A DNA stretch of 32,000 nt, taken from assembly GCF_001457615.1 (NCBI RefSeq), contig NZ_LN831024.1:3150001-3182000 (forward strand), written 5' to 3'. Positions 17,013-24,936 of the stretch are shown here, piece after piece (within the stretch, counting starts at the first letter, position 1; the number at the start of each line of letters is the position of its first letter). Below the pieces are notes generated by a model. It was given only the letters and a program-made list of their open reading frames with translations. It was not told where the DNA came from and made no database searches. Both the position numbers and the translations under genes were made by a program. Source of the DNA: Pseudomonas aeruginosa (lineage in GTDB: Bacteria > Pseudomonadota > Gammaproteobacteria > Pseudomonadales > Pseudomonadaceae).

Positions 17013-18363
17013 GGATAACCACCTGCGCCGTGGCCTCGACTCGCCCCGCCGTGACGCCGGGCTGGCTGCCGAGCGCGAGTTTCTCCAGGCGCGCGCGGAA
17101 GGTTTCGCGGTACAGGTCGATGCCGCCGCTACCGCCGTTGGCCTGGGTCGCGCCACCGATGGCGGGGTACCAGCCGGTGGCCTCGGCGTTGCTGCCGCCG
17201 GCGGAGTTCTCGTTGGCCAGGAGCGTCATCGGCGTGCCGTCGCGGTAGATGCGGATGCCGACCCCACGGGCAATGCCCGGCTCCCCATAACGGTCGGAGA
17301 GCAGGTAGGACAGTCCGCCACTGGCGTTGACCAGGCCCAGCGCCGGGCTGGCCGCCAGGGCCCCGCTGGACACGCGGATGCCCAGCGCCGTGGCGCCGGC
17401 CCCGGTGCCGTTGGTCATGCCGCTCTGGCACTTGAAGGTGAGTTCGAAGGGCGCCTCGCGCACGCCGCCGCCATCGATCTCGGCCAGGGTGATGGACGGG
17501 AACTGCACGTGCGGGGTGACCGTCATCACCGCGCAAGTGGGATAGCGTTTCAGGGTCACGTAGCGGTACAGCCCGATGGCACCCGGCCAGTTGCTGTACC
17601 AGCCGCCCCAGTTGCCGCCCACGTGCGCCTGGCCGACGGTCGGCGCGGTCAGGCCCGGCCCCTTGATGGCGATGTAGGCCGCCGGCTGGGTGTAGGAATA
17701 GGGCTGCGAGAGGATCGTCGGCGAGTAGTAGCGGATCGCCTCCAGCGGCGCGCTGTACAGCTCGGCGCGTACCGCTGCGAGGTTCTTCGCCTTGACCAGC
17801 TGGAAGCCGCGCGAGTCTATGTCCAGCCCGGAGAGCTGGCGCTCCTTCCAGATCGGCGTGATGGTTTCCCCCGTCTCGACGTTGGTCAGGCGCAGCAGCA
17901 CGTTGGGCCAGGCGGTCCGGTAGGCATCCTGCAGGCCGATGTCGTTGCCCACCGTATCGGCGCCGGTGTAGTAGCCGCTATAGAGATCGTCGCCGTTGGT
18001 AGAAAACATCTCGTAGACGGCGTCCCCGGCGCTACAGCGGAAGAACACCCGTTCGGGGTCGTAGCCGCCGGTGGCGCCGTACTGGGTCAGCGGCGCCACC
18101 GCGCTGGCGATGAGCGTCGGATAGGGCTGGAAACTCTCGTCGCTGACGTTGACCACGCTGGGCAGGCCGAGCGAGCCATTGCAGGTGTCGCAGGCGCCGG
18201 TCCAACTGCCGGCGGTACCTTCGCCTGGGCGGATCTGGGTGTTCGAGGTGGTCGTCTCGCTGCCTACCGAGGTGACCCGGTAGCAAGTCGCCTGGCCACT
18301 GGCGGGAAGCCCCAGCAACACGCCGAGGGCCAGCGCGGGCAGCAGGGGAAGCGTGCGGTTCAT
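17002..18363 (-). CDS. cupA4: Fimbrial adhesin/minor pilin CupA4
   Basis: MNRTLPLLPALALGVLLGLPASGQA signal peptide then a 453-aa adhesin-like protein. Correct start at 18363 (ATGA overlap with the cupA3 stop); the longer ORF 17002..20487 is an artefact upstream of this. Confidence 0.92.
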   Translation of the reverse strand: MNRTLPLLPALALGVLLGLPASGQATCYRVTSVGSETTTSNTQIRPGEGTAGSWTGACDTCNGSLGLPSVVNVSDESFQPYPTLIASAVAPLTQYGATGGYDPERVFFRCSAGDAVYEMFSTNGDDLYSGYYTGADTVGNDIGLQDAYRTAWPNVLLRLTNVETGETITPIWKERQLSGLDIDSRGFQLVKAKNLAAVRAELYSAPLEAIRYYSPTILSQPYSYTQPAAYIAIKGPGLTAPTVGQAHVGGNWGGWYSNWPGAIGLYRYVTLKRYPTCAVMTVTPHVQFPSITLAEIDGGGVREAPFELTFKCQSGMTNGTGAGATALGIRVSSGALAASPALGLVNASGGLSYLLSDRYGEPGIARGVGIRIYRDGTPMTLLANENSAGGSNAEATGWYPAIGGATQANGGSGGIDLYRETFRARLEKLALGSQPGVTAGRVEATAQVVIRVQ

Positions 18364-20978
18364 CTGGCGTTCTCCAGGTTGGAGTCGGTGGTGGCTGCCC
18401 GGCAGGTGCCGCGCAGGCGGATCAGCGCCTGGTCGCGAGACACACCGGCCAGGTCGTAGGGCAACTCGCAACGCTCCTTGCGCGCCGTTCCCCATTGCAC
18501 CAGCAACCTGCCCCGCTGGTTTTCCGCGCGCGCATAGACCTGGCCGCCCTGCCCGACCATGCCGATGGCCGCCCCGCCGTCGTCGACCACCACGGCGCCG
18601 AGCGGCAGCACACTGCCGTCCTCGCGCCGCGCCTGGATCAGCAGCGGATGGCCGGTCAGCGTCCTGAACGTCACGCGCACGCTGGCACCGGCGTAGGGCG
18701 CGACCTTGCGCTCGGTTTCCAGCAGTTCGGCGTCGGGATCGATGCCAACGGGATCGAGTGAGATCGGGTTGTAGCGATAGGGCGACAGCGAGGGGGCCAG
18801 CGCATAGCCGTTGCCGTCGATGCGCGCGCCCTGCCCGCCGCGTATCGCGGCACCGCTGGCGCCCTTGGCCTCGACCAGGGCGAAGGTATCGCCGACGCTG
18901 GGGCCAAGGGTCAGCCCGTCGCGGTGAGCGACCAGCGCGCCACGGATGCCGCCACTGTATTGCCGGTAGCGATCGCCCTGGGCATAGCCGGCATTCACGG
19001 TGGCCAGCGCCGCCTGCTTCTGCAACGTGCCGTTCCATGTGGTGTCGGCGACCTCGCTGTCGCGGTTGGCGGACAGCGCGTAGCTCCAGGTACGCTCGTC
19101 GCCCAGCGTACCGTTCAGCCCGGTTTGCAGGCTGCCGCCACGGCTGTCGCCGGAGCGCCGGGTAGCCATGGCGCTGAGCGTCGGCGCCCGACTGGAAGAA
19201 CCCAGCGGCATGGAGACGCTGAGGGTCAGGGTGTCGTTGCGCTGGCCGCTGCGCCGGTCGCGCCGGAGCAGCTCGACGCCAGGGTCCTGGTCGCCCTGCT
19301 CCTGGTAGTAGGTGGTGGTCTGCCGCGACCAGGCGAGGTTGTAGCTCAACTGCCCCCAGGTATTGGAGTAGCCGAACTGCAATTGGGTGTCGCGGCTCTT
19401 GCCGTCGTAGAAATCGCTGGAGGAGCCGGAAAGATAGAGGTTGCCGTAACCGCCGAGGGCCTGGCTCACCAGCAGGTTGAACTGGTTGCGCTGCTTGTAG
19501 CTGCCGGAATCCCAGGTGTCCCCGTGGCGCAGTGCGTCGCGCGAGCCGAGCACGTCGCCGAGTTCGCGGTAGCCTTCGGTGGAATAGCGGTAGCCGGCCA
19601 GGGTCAGGGTAGTGCCGGTGGGCTGGAAGGTCCGGCTGTAGTCGAGCCCGATGCGCCAGCCCTGCTTGCGCGCGCCATCCTCGACGCGTGCGCTGGAATA
19701 GGTGCTGTTCAGGCCGAAGGCGCCGAAGCGGGTGGCGAGGACGCCGCCGCCCAGCATGGCCAGGTAGTCGTCGGCGACACGCAGTCCCAGGTTGGCGGTC
19801 AGGGCGTTGCTCATGCCGCGCTGGTAGGTGAAGTCGGCGAACAGGTCGTCGCCGTCGCCATACTGGCGCGCCTGGCCCAGGGTGAAGCTGTAGCGCGACA
19901 GGCCGGGACGCATGGACTCCGGGACCGAGGCGAACGGCACGCTGAAGCTCGATACGCTGCCATCGGCTTCGAACACCTGGACATCCAGATCGCCGGCATA
20001 GGCGCTGTCGTAGAGATCGTCGATGACGAACGGACCGGGGGCGACATTCACCTCGCGGATCTTCCTGCCGTTCTGGCTGATCACCACCCGCGCCGCGGTG
20101 GCCGCGGTGCCGCGCACCTGCGGCGCATAGCGGCGCAGGGACTCGGGCAGCATGCGGTCGTCGGTAGCCAGGCTCAGGCCGCGGTAGCCGATGCTGCCGA
20201 GCAGGTTGCCGGCGGTGTAGCTCTCCCCCGCCGTCAGTTCGCTGCGCCAGGCCGGCAAGGCGCGCTGGGCATAGGTGCGGATGCTGTTCCACTTGCGCCT
20301 GGCCTGCCCGTTGTAGCGGGAATAGGTGTAGTTGGACTGGTGGCGCAAACGCCACAGGCCGAGGTTGATGCCGCTGTTCAGGCCGACATAGGCGTAGTCC
20401 GATCGTCCCGATTCGCCGCCGCGGTATTCGGAGCGATAGAGGTTGGTGTCGTAGTTGACGAAGCCCATGCTGTCGCCGGCGTCCCACTCCTCGGGGCTGA
20501 CGTAGCCGCGCGGCTTGAGGTCGAGCAAGGCTTGCGGCACCGAGAGATCCAGGCGCAGGCGGGCGACGTCCAGGCTGAACCGCGAGCCGGGCAGGCGTGC
20601 ATCGAGAAAGGCGCAGTGGCGCCCGTCGCCGCTCTTGCGCGGATCGTCACCAGGCTTGGCGCCGAGGCGCTGGCGCAGGAAGTCTTCGTCGAGGCAGGGC
20701 TCCACCGCGCCGCTGGCGGGGTTGGCGCGGAAACTCACTTCGCTGCGGCTGGCGAAGCGCTCGTTGAGGTAGACATCGACGTGATAGCGACCCGGATCGA
20801 TCCGACCGTCCTGGTTGAAGCGCGACAGGTCGCCGCCGCCCAGGGAAGAGCCGAGCAACAGGCGATCATCGAATTCGTAGCCGGGCTGGGCATGACCGAA
20901 GGCGCTCGCCGCCAGCGCCATGCCGCCCGCCATCAGGGCCGTGCCGGTGCGGCAGCGGCGTTCATGGCGATAGGTCAT
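18360..20978 (-). CDS. cupA3: Outer membrane fimbrial usher CupA3
   Basis: 872 aa; YEFDDRLLLGSSLGGGDLSRFNQDGRIDPGRYHVDVYLN, FVIDDLYDSAYAGDLDVQVFEADGSVSSFSVPFASVP, C-terminal PL-P-GAVVVDDGG. Confidence 0.96.
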   Translation of the reverse strand: MTYRHERRCRTGTALMAGGMALAASAFGHAQPGYEFDDRLLLGSSLGGGDLSRFNQDGRIDPGRYHVDVYLNERFASRSEVSFRANPASGAVEPCLDEDFLRQRLGAKPGDDPRKSGDGRHCAFLDARLPGSRFSLDVARLRLDLSVPQALLDLKPRGYVSPEEWDAGDSMGFVNYDTNLYRSEYRGGESGRSDYAYVGLNSGINLGLWRLRHQSNYTYSRYNGQARRKWNSIRTYAQRALPAWRSELTAGESYTAGNLLGSIGYRGLSLATDDRMLPESLRRYAPQVRGTAATAARVVISQNGRKIREVNVAPGPFVIDDLYDSAYAGDLDVQVFEADGSVSSFSVPFASVPESMRPGLSRYSFTLGQARQYGDGDDLFADFTYQRGMSNALTANLGLRVADDYLAMLGGGVLATRFGAFGLNSTYSSARVEDGARKQGWRIGLDYSRTFQPTGTTLTLAGYRYSTEGYRELGDVLGSRDALRHGDTWDSGSYKQRNQFNLLVSQALGGYGNLYLSGSSSDFYDGKSRDTQLQFGYSNTWGQLSYNLAWSRQTTTYYQEQGDQDPGVELLRRDRRSGQRNDTLTLSVSMPLGSSSRAPTLSAMATRRSGDSRGGSLQTGLNGTLGDERTWSYALSANRDSEVADTTWNGTLQKQAALATVNAGYAQGDRYRQYSGGIRGALVAHRDGLTLGPSVGDTFALVEAKGASGAAIRGGQGARIDGNGYALAPSLSPYRYNPISLDPVGIDPDAELLETERKVAPYAGASVRVTFRTLTGHPLLIQARREDGSVLPLGAVVVDDGGAAIGMVGQGGQVYARAENQRGRLLVQWGTARKERCELPYDLAGVSRDQALIRLRGTCRAATTDSNLENAR

Positions 20979-21708
20979 GACGGATATCCATATGGGCGCC
21001 GTAGTCGTTGATCAGCAGCGCGTGCAGGCGCACGCGTCCCGGCGGCAGGGCTTCTCGGGTTTCGGCCTGCCATTCGGCATGGCTGCGCGGCTCCAGCATG
21101 CCGCTGCGCAAGCGCCAGCGGCGCTGGCCGACGCTGAGCGTGGCGCTGGCGAACGAGGCGTAGTAGCCGCTCGGGTTGTCCACCCGCACCGCCCAGCCGG
21201 CGCTGCGCCGGACCAGTGCGAAACGCAGTTGCCCGGGCAGGTCCTCGGGACGGCCCTGGATGCCCGCCGGGCGGTAGAACAGCTTCAGGCGATTGCGCAG
21301 CATCAGCAGCATCTGGTTCCGATCCGCATGGCTGCTGTTGCGTGGCGGGATCTGCAGGACGTTGAGATGGAACAGCGATTCGCGATCGCCCGGCAGGCCC
21401 TGCCCGGTGTAGACGATGCGCAGCGTCTGGCCGCTGTCCGGGGCCATGCGGAATACCGCCGGGTTGACCAGGAACGGCGCGTCCGCCTGGTCCGGCGGCG
21501 CGTCCGGGGCGTCGATGTCGACCCAGGCCTGGACGACGTTGGGAAACGCATCGCGATTGCTCAGTTGCACGGTCTTCTCCCGTGCCTCGCCGGGATAGAT
21601 CACCCGGGTCCCGGTCACCACCACGCTTGCCCGCGCCTGGGCGATGCTCGCCAGCAGGACGAGCAGAAGCGCCGATGTCCTGCCGGATCGGTACGAATGT
21701 CTGGGCAT
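20962..21708 (-). CDS. cupA2: Periplasmic fimbrial chaperone CupA2
   Basis: SVVVTGTRVIYPGEAREKTVQLSNRDAFPNVVQAWVDID...FRMAPDSGQTLRI...RESLFHLNVLQIPP...NRLKLFYRP; start MPRHSYRSG at 21708. Confidence 0.95.
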   Translation of the reverse strand: MPRHSYRSGRTSALLLVLLASIAQARASVVVTGTRVIYPGEAREKTVQLSNRDAFPNVVQAWVDIDAPDAPPDQADAPFLVNPAVFRMAPDSGQTLRIVYTGQGLPGDRESLFHLNVLQIPPRNSSHADRNQMLLMLRNRLKLFYRPAGIQGRPEDLPGQLRFALVRRSAGWAVRVDNPSGYYASFASATLSVGQRRWRLRSGMLEPRSHAEWQAETREALPPGRVRLHALLINDYGAHMDIRHDLSP

Positions 21709-21720
21709 GCGGCTTACCTG

Positions 21721-21750
21721 GCCGGGCACGGTCCAGCGACCGGGCCCGGC
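21721..21750 (-). promoter_or_regulatory. Long hairpin immediately upstream of cupA2
   Basis: Minus strand GCCGGGC-C-CGGTC-GCTG-GACCG-T-GCCCGGC: 12 base pairs with one mismatch and a 4-nt loop; ends 12 nt before the cupA2 ATG. Confidence 0.7.
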
Positions 21751-21772
21751 TTTAGTGCTGGGAAAAGGAAGG

Positions 21773-21790
21773 GGCGGCGCATGCGCCGCC
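21773..21790. promoter_or_regulatory. GC-rich perfect palindrome just downstream of the cupA1 stop
   Basis: GGCGGCGCATGCGCCGCC, 9-bp half-sites, followed on the minus strand by a pyrimidine-rich CCTTCCTTTTCCC. Confidence 0.7.
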
Positions 21791-21795
21791 GGCAT

Positions 21796-22347
21796 TCACT
21801 CGTAACGCAGCGTGTAGGTCACGGCGCCGAGTACCGGACCGGGCGTCACGGTCGCCGCTTCGGAGACGTACTGCACCGCGTAGTCGTAGCTGGTGCTGGT
21901 GGCTCCGTTGGCGAGCACGATGTCGCCGGCGGGCACCGCCGCGCCGCCGGCCAGGTCGACCGGGTTGCCGCCGACGCTATCGAGCAATTGCAGCGCCACG
22001 CCCGTCGCGCCGCTGGCGGCGGTGTTCACCAGGTTCCCGGCGGCGCTGGGGTTGGTGGCCTGGAACAGGGTGGTGAAATGCTCGTCGGCCGTCGGCGCGA
22101 CGCAATCGGTGAGTTGCAGGGTGAAGGCGGTTTCGCCGGCGCTGCGGCCCACTGCGCCATCGAGGGCGCTCACCGGTACGCTGTCGAGGATCACCGTGGG
22201 GTCGGTGAAGCCGTTGACCGCGACCTGGCAGGTCTGGTCGGTCACTTCGCCGCTGAATGTGATAGTGTTTGCCGCCATCGCGGTTCCCGAAGCGGCAATT
22301 GCCGCAAAGGCCAATACCACTGCGCATGGGTTCGAAGTTCTGGTCAT
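21796..22347 (-). CDS. cupA1: Major fimbrial subunit CupA1
   Basis: MTRTSNPCAVVLAFAAIAASGTAMAANTITFSGEVTDQTCQVAVNG...AVTYTLRYE: signal peptide, type-1 pilin Cys pair, C-terminal donor-strand-like motif. SD AAGGAAC. Confidence 0.95.
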   Translation of the reverse strand: MTRTSNPCAVVLAFAAIAASGTAMAANTITFSGEVTDQTCQVAVNGFTDPTVILDSVPVSALDGAVGRSAGETAFTLQLTDCVAPTADEHFTTLFQATNPSAAGNLVNTAASGATGVALQLLDSVGGNPVDLAGGAAVPAGDIVLANGATSTSYDYAVQYVSEAATVTPGPVLGAVTYTLRYE

Positions 22348-22438
22348 GCCTATGTTCCTTGTGTGAGGCAATAATCGTCCACCCGCCTTTTATTTCGGCC
22401 GGGAACGCGGTAAAGACTCGAACGAGTTCAAATCGATA

Positions 22439-22460
22439 ATCAGTGGTGCGAACCACCGAT
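22439..22460 (-). promoter_or_regulatory. Candidate hairpin in the cupA1 5' region
   Basis: Minus strand ATCGGTGGT-TCGC-ACCACTGAT: 9-bp RNA stem including one G-U wobble, 92 nt upstream of the cupA1 ATG. Confidence 0.45.
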
Positions 22461-22665
22461 ATAAGTATCCCGTGCACAGGCGTCGAGGTGAACGCCGAAC
22501 GGCGGACTTATAAATCCGTTCGAGTGCCCGCCATTCGGGGAATTGCCTCGTTTCGCAGGGTACCGCCGCCTCTTCGTGCTATCCGTCGACATTGCAACGC
22601 TTGTATTTCCGACTATGGAACTCTGGCATCCCGGCCTCTCTTGCTTGTCTTCGCCAGTTTGGACT

Positions 22666-22671
22666 TATAAT
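22666..22671 (+). promoter_or_regulatory. Candidate -10 element pointing toward cgrA
   Basis: Exact TATAAT in an AT-rich patch (GGACTTATAATAAAAACCG). The -35 is weak, and it lies about 530 bp upstream of cgrA. Confidence 0.3.
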
Positions 22672-22691
22672 AAAAACCGTCATCCGTGTAA

Positions 22692-22760
22692 TGCATGGAT
22701 GGTGCCATGCAGTTAACTTCCAAGTTGGAAGTATGCACTTCCCTGTTATTCAACGAATAA
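22692..22760. promoter_or_regulatory. Three consecutive inverted repeats in the cgrA-cupA1 intergenic region
   Basis: TGCATGG-ATGGTG-CCATGCA (22692..22711); ACTTCCAA-G-TTGGAAGT (22716..22732); TTATTC-AAC-GAATAA (22746..22760). Confidence 0.65.
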
Positions 22761-23200
22761 TTACCGTCGACTTTTCCCGGGCAATTTCCATGTTCACCCG
22801 CAGGCGCTTCTCCTTGCGTAGCAAGCTTTTTCCGCCGCCGCTCAGAAGTCCGGTGCGCAGACGAGTGCCAATGGCGGCGTGCGCACTCTCGTTGCAAGTG
22901 GGCGCTGCGCCGATGCTGTTCGGAGAATCCGTCTTGCGACAAGTCAACAACTCGAACCACGGCTTCGCCTAGCATTGAAAAAGTTCCTGCACGACAGTTG
23001 TCGGGCCTGTTGGTCGTCGCTCTGCCAAGTGCCTGGACATATTTCCGTTATCCACTGATTCGGAGTCCAACGTCGCCGAACGTGCCGGCTGCCGCGACTC
23101 TCGAAAAAATAGCCTGGAGAAACTCCGAAACAAACATTGCACATGGACCGTCGTCGCAACGGTCTCCCTCAATAGTTATTAAAAGAAGAGGTTCGCACCC

Positions 23201-24427
23201 ATGGCAGGCAAGCATTACCAGGATGCCGATGTGCATGCCGCAACCCTATCCCGCCTCCGACTGGTATTCCGGAACTTCGAGCGCGTCTGTGTCGCCTTCT
23301 CCGGTGGCAAGGACAGCTCGGTCACCCTGCAATTGGCGCTGGACGTGGCACGCGAGTTGGGACGCAGCCCGGTGGACGTACTGTTCATCGACCTGGAGGG
23401 GCAGTACCAGGCCACCATCGATCACGTCAGCGAGATGCTCGGGCGTCCCGACGTACGCCCCTGGTGGGTCTGCCTGCCACTCAACCTGCGCAACGCCTCT
23501 AGCCTGGAGGAACCCTACTGGTGCTGCTGGGAGCCCGGCGCCGAGGCCGACTGGGTGCGCCCGCTACCGAAGCAGCGAGGGGTGATCAGCGACCCGGCGT
23601 TCTTCCCCTTCTACCGCTACCGCATGGAGTTCGAGGAGTTCGTCGCCGGCTTCAACGCCTGGCTGGCCAGGGAAGAGCCTACCGCGTTCCTGGTCGGCAT
23701 CCGTTCGGACGAATCGCTCAATCGCTACCTGGCGGTCAAGCGCAGGAGCCGGGCGAAACAATGCGCCTGGACGCCGCCGGGCGGCTGCGCGCCGCTGGCC
23801 TGGAGCGCGCGCGACCGGGCCAACCCGCAGGCGGTGAGCTTCTTCCCGATCTACGACTGGCGTTTCGAGGATCTCTGGCGTTGCGTCGCCGACCACGGCT
23901 ACGCCTATAACCGCCTCTACGACCAGATGTACCGCGCCGGCGTGCCGTTCTCGCAGATGCGCATCTGCCAGCCCTATGGCGACGACCAGCGCAAGGGCCT
24001 CGACCTGTTCCACCGGATCGAGCCACGCACCTGGTTCAAGGTAGTCCGGCGCGTCGCCGGCGCCAACTATGGGGCGCGCTATTGTCGCCAGCGCTTCCTC
24101 GGCTACCGTGGCGGCCTTGGCCTGCCGCCCTCCTTCGGCACCTGGCGCGAGTACAGCCAGTTCCTCCTGCGCAGCATGCCGCCGCCTCTGCGCGGCATCT
24201 ACCAGCGGCGCATCGAGCGTTTCATCCTCTGGTGGAAGCAGCACGACTATCCCCTTGCCATCTGGCCGGACGCGGGGATCCCGGCCCTGGAGAATCGTCG
24301 CAAGCAGCCGTCCTGGCGGCGTATCGCGCTATCCCTGCTGAAGCAGGACATGGCCCGCTCGCTGTCCTTCGGCTTCTCCCAGGCCGATATCGACAGACTG
24401 GTCCCCGGTCGGGAGAAGCGCTCGTGA
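23201..24427 (+). CDS. cgrA: CgrA: PP-loop, PAPS-reductase-like (DUF3440/IbrA-like) regulator of cupA
   Basis: VCVAFSGGKDSSVTLQLALDVARELG (PP-loop SGGKDS), VDVLFIDLEGQYQATIDHV, and FLVGIRSDESLNRY. Confidence 0.93.
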   Translation: MAGKHYQDADVHAATLSRLRLVFRNFERVCVAFSGGKDSSVTLQLALDVARELGRSPVDVLFIDLEGQYQATIDHVSEMLGRPDVRPWWVCLPLNLRNASSLEEPYWCCWEPGAEADWVRPLPKQRGVISDPAFFPFYRYRMEFEEFVAGFNAWLAREEPTAFLVGIRSDESLNRYLAVKRRSRAKQCAWTPPGGCAPLAWSARDRANPQAVSFFPIYDWRFEDLWRCVADHGYAYNRLYDQMYRAGVPFSQMRICQPYGDDQRKGLDLFHRIEPRTWFKVVRRVAGANYGARYCRQRFLGYRGGLGLPPSFGTWREYSQFLLRSMPPPLRGIYQRRIERFILWWKQHDYPLAIWPDAGIPALENRRKQPSWRRIALSLLKQDMARSLSFGFSQADIDRLVPGREKRS

Positions 24428-24936
24428 TCCGCCCGCAAGACTGCGAGATCCTGCAGTGGCGCTCGTTCGACGACGAGGCCGCCTTCTTCGCCAGCATGGG
24501 CCGCTTCTTCGCCAGCGCCCGGGTGCGCCGCGAGTGCGGCGGCTACCCGCTGAGCGACGGTCCCTACCACCGCTGGTTCGTGCTCCGCCGCCTGGGGGAC
24601 ACGCGGATACTGGGGTTCGTCAGCCTGGAGCAACATCCCGACGTGGTTCGCCTGCGCGATGCCTACCTGCGTGCGGAAGCGCGCGGTCGCGGGCTGTTCC
24701 GCACCCTGCGCGAGCGGGTCCTCGGGCATGTCGACCAACTCGGGCTGGCCTGTACCACCCGCGCGCCCCAGGCCTGCGCGCGCCTTCTCGAACCGCACGG
24801 CTTCGCCGTGCATTCCACCCGGGGTAGCTGGGTGACGCTCATGAGGAAAGCCCATGGCACAGACAAAGACACTGACGGAGCGAGCCGAGGCGCTGTTCGG
24901 CGAACTGCACGGGTTGCCGCTTGCCGAGCGGATTGA
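24424..24936 (+). CDS. cgrB: CgrB: GNAT-family acetyltransferase-like protein
   Basis: GTG start overlapping the cgrA TGA (GTGA). ILGFVSLEQHPDVVRLRDAYLRAEARGRGLFRTLRERVLGHVDQLG resembles GNAT motif A (RxxGxG-like RGRGL). Confidence 0.87.
   Translation: MIRPQDCEILQWRSFDDEAAFFASMGRFFASARVRRECGGYPLSDGPYHRWFVLRRLGDTRILGFVSLEQHPDVVRLRDAYLRAEARGRGLFRTLRERVLGHVDQLGLACTTRAPQACARLLEPHGFAVHSTRGSWVTLMRKAHGTDKDTDGASRGAVRRTARVAACRAD

Noticed and set aside
17002-20487. 1161-aa minus-strand ORF
   Set aside because: Only the last 453 codons (from 18363) are CupA4. The upstream part is an alternative frame of cupA3 and rich in Arg/Pro.
18924-21011. Plus-strand ORF (695 aa) opposite cupA3
   Set aside because: Antisense to the usher, no motifs.
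22613-22975. 120-aa minus-strand ORF in the cgrA-cupA1 spacer
   Set aside because: No RBS evidence or motif, and it overlaps the dyad cluster. More likely regulatory non-coding DNA.
22348-23200. Invertible promoter element (site-specific inversion) as the basis of cupA phase variation
   Set aside because: I found no pair of long matching inverted repeats flanking a segment and no recombinase gene nearby. The dyads are local with different sequences. This fits the published view of an epigenetic, regulator-based switch.
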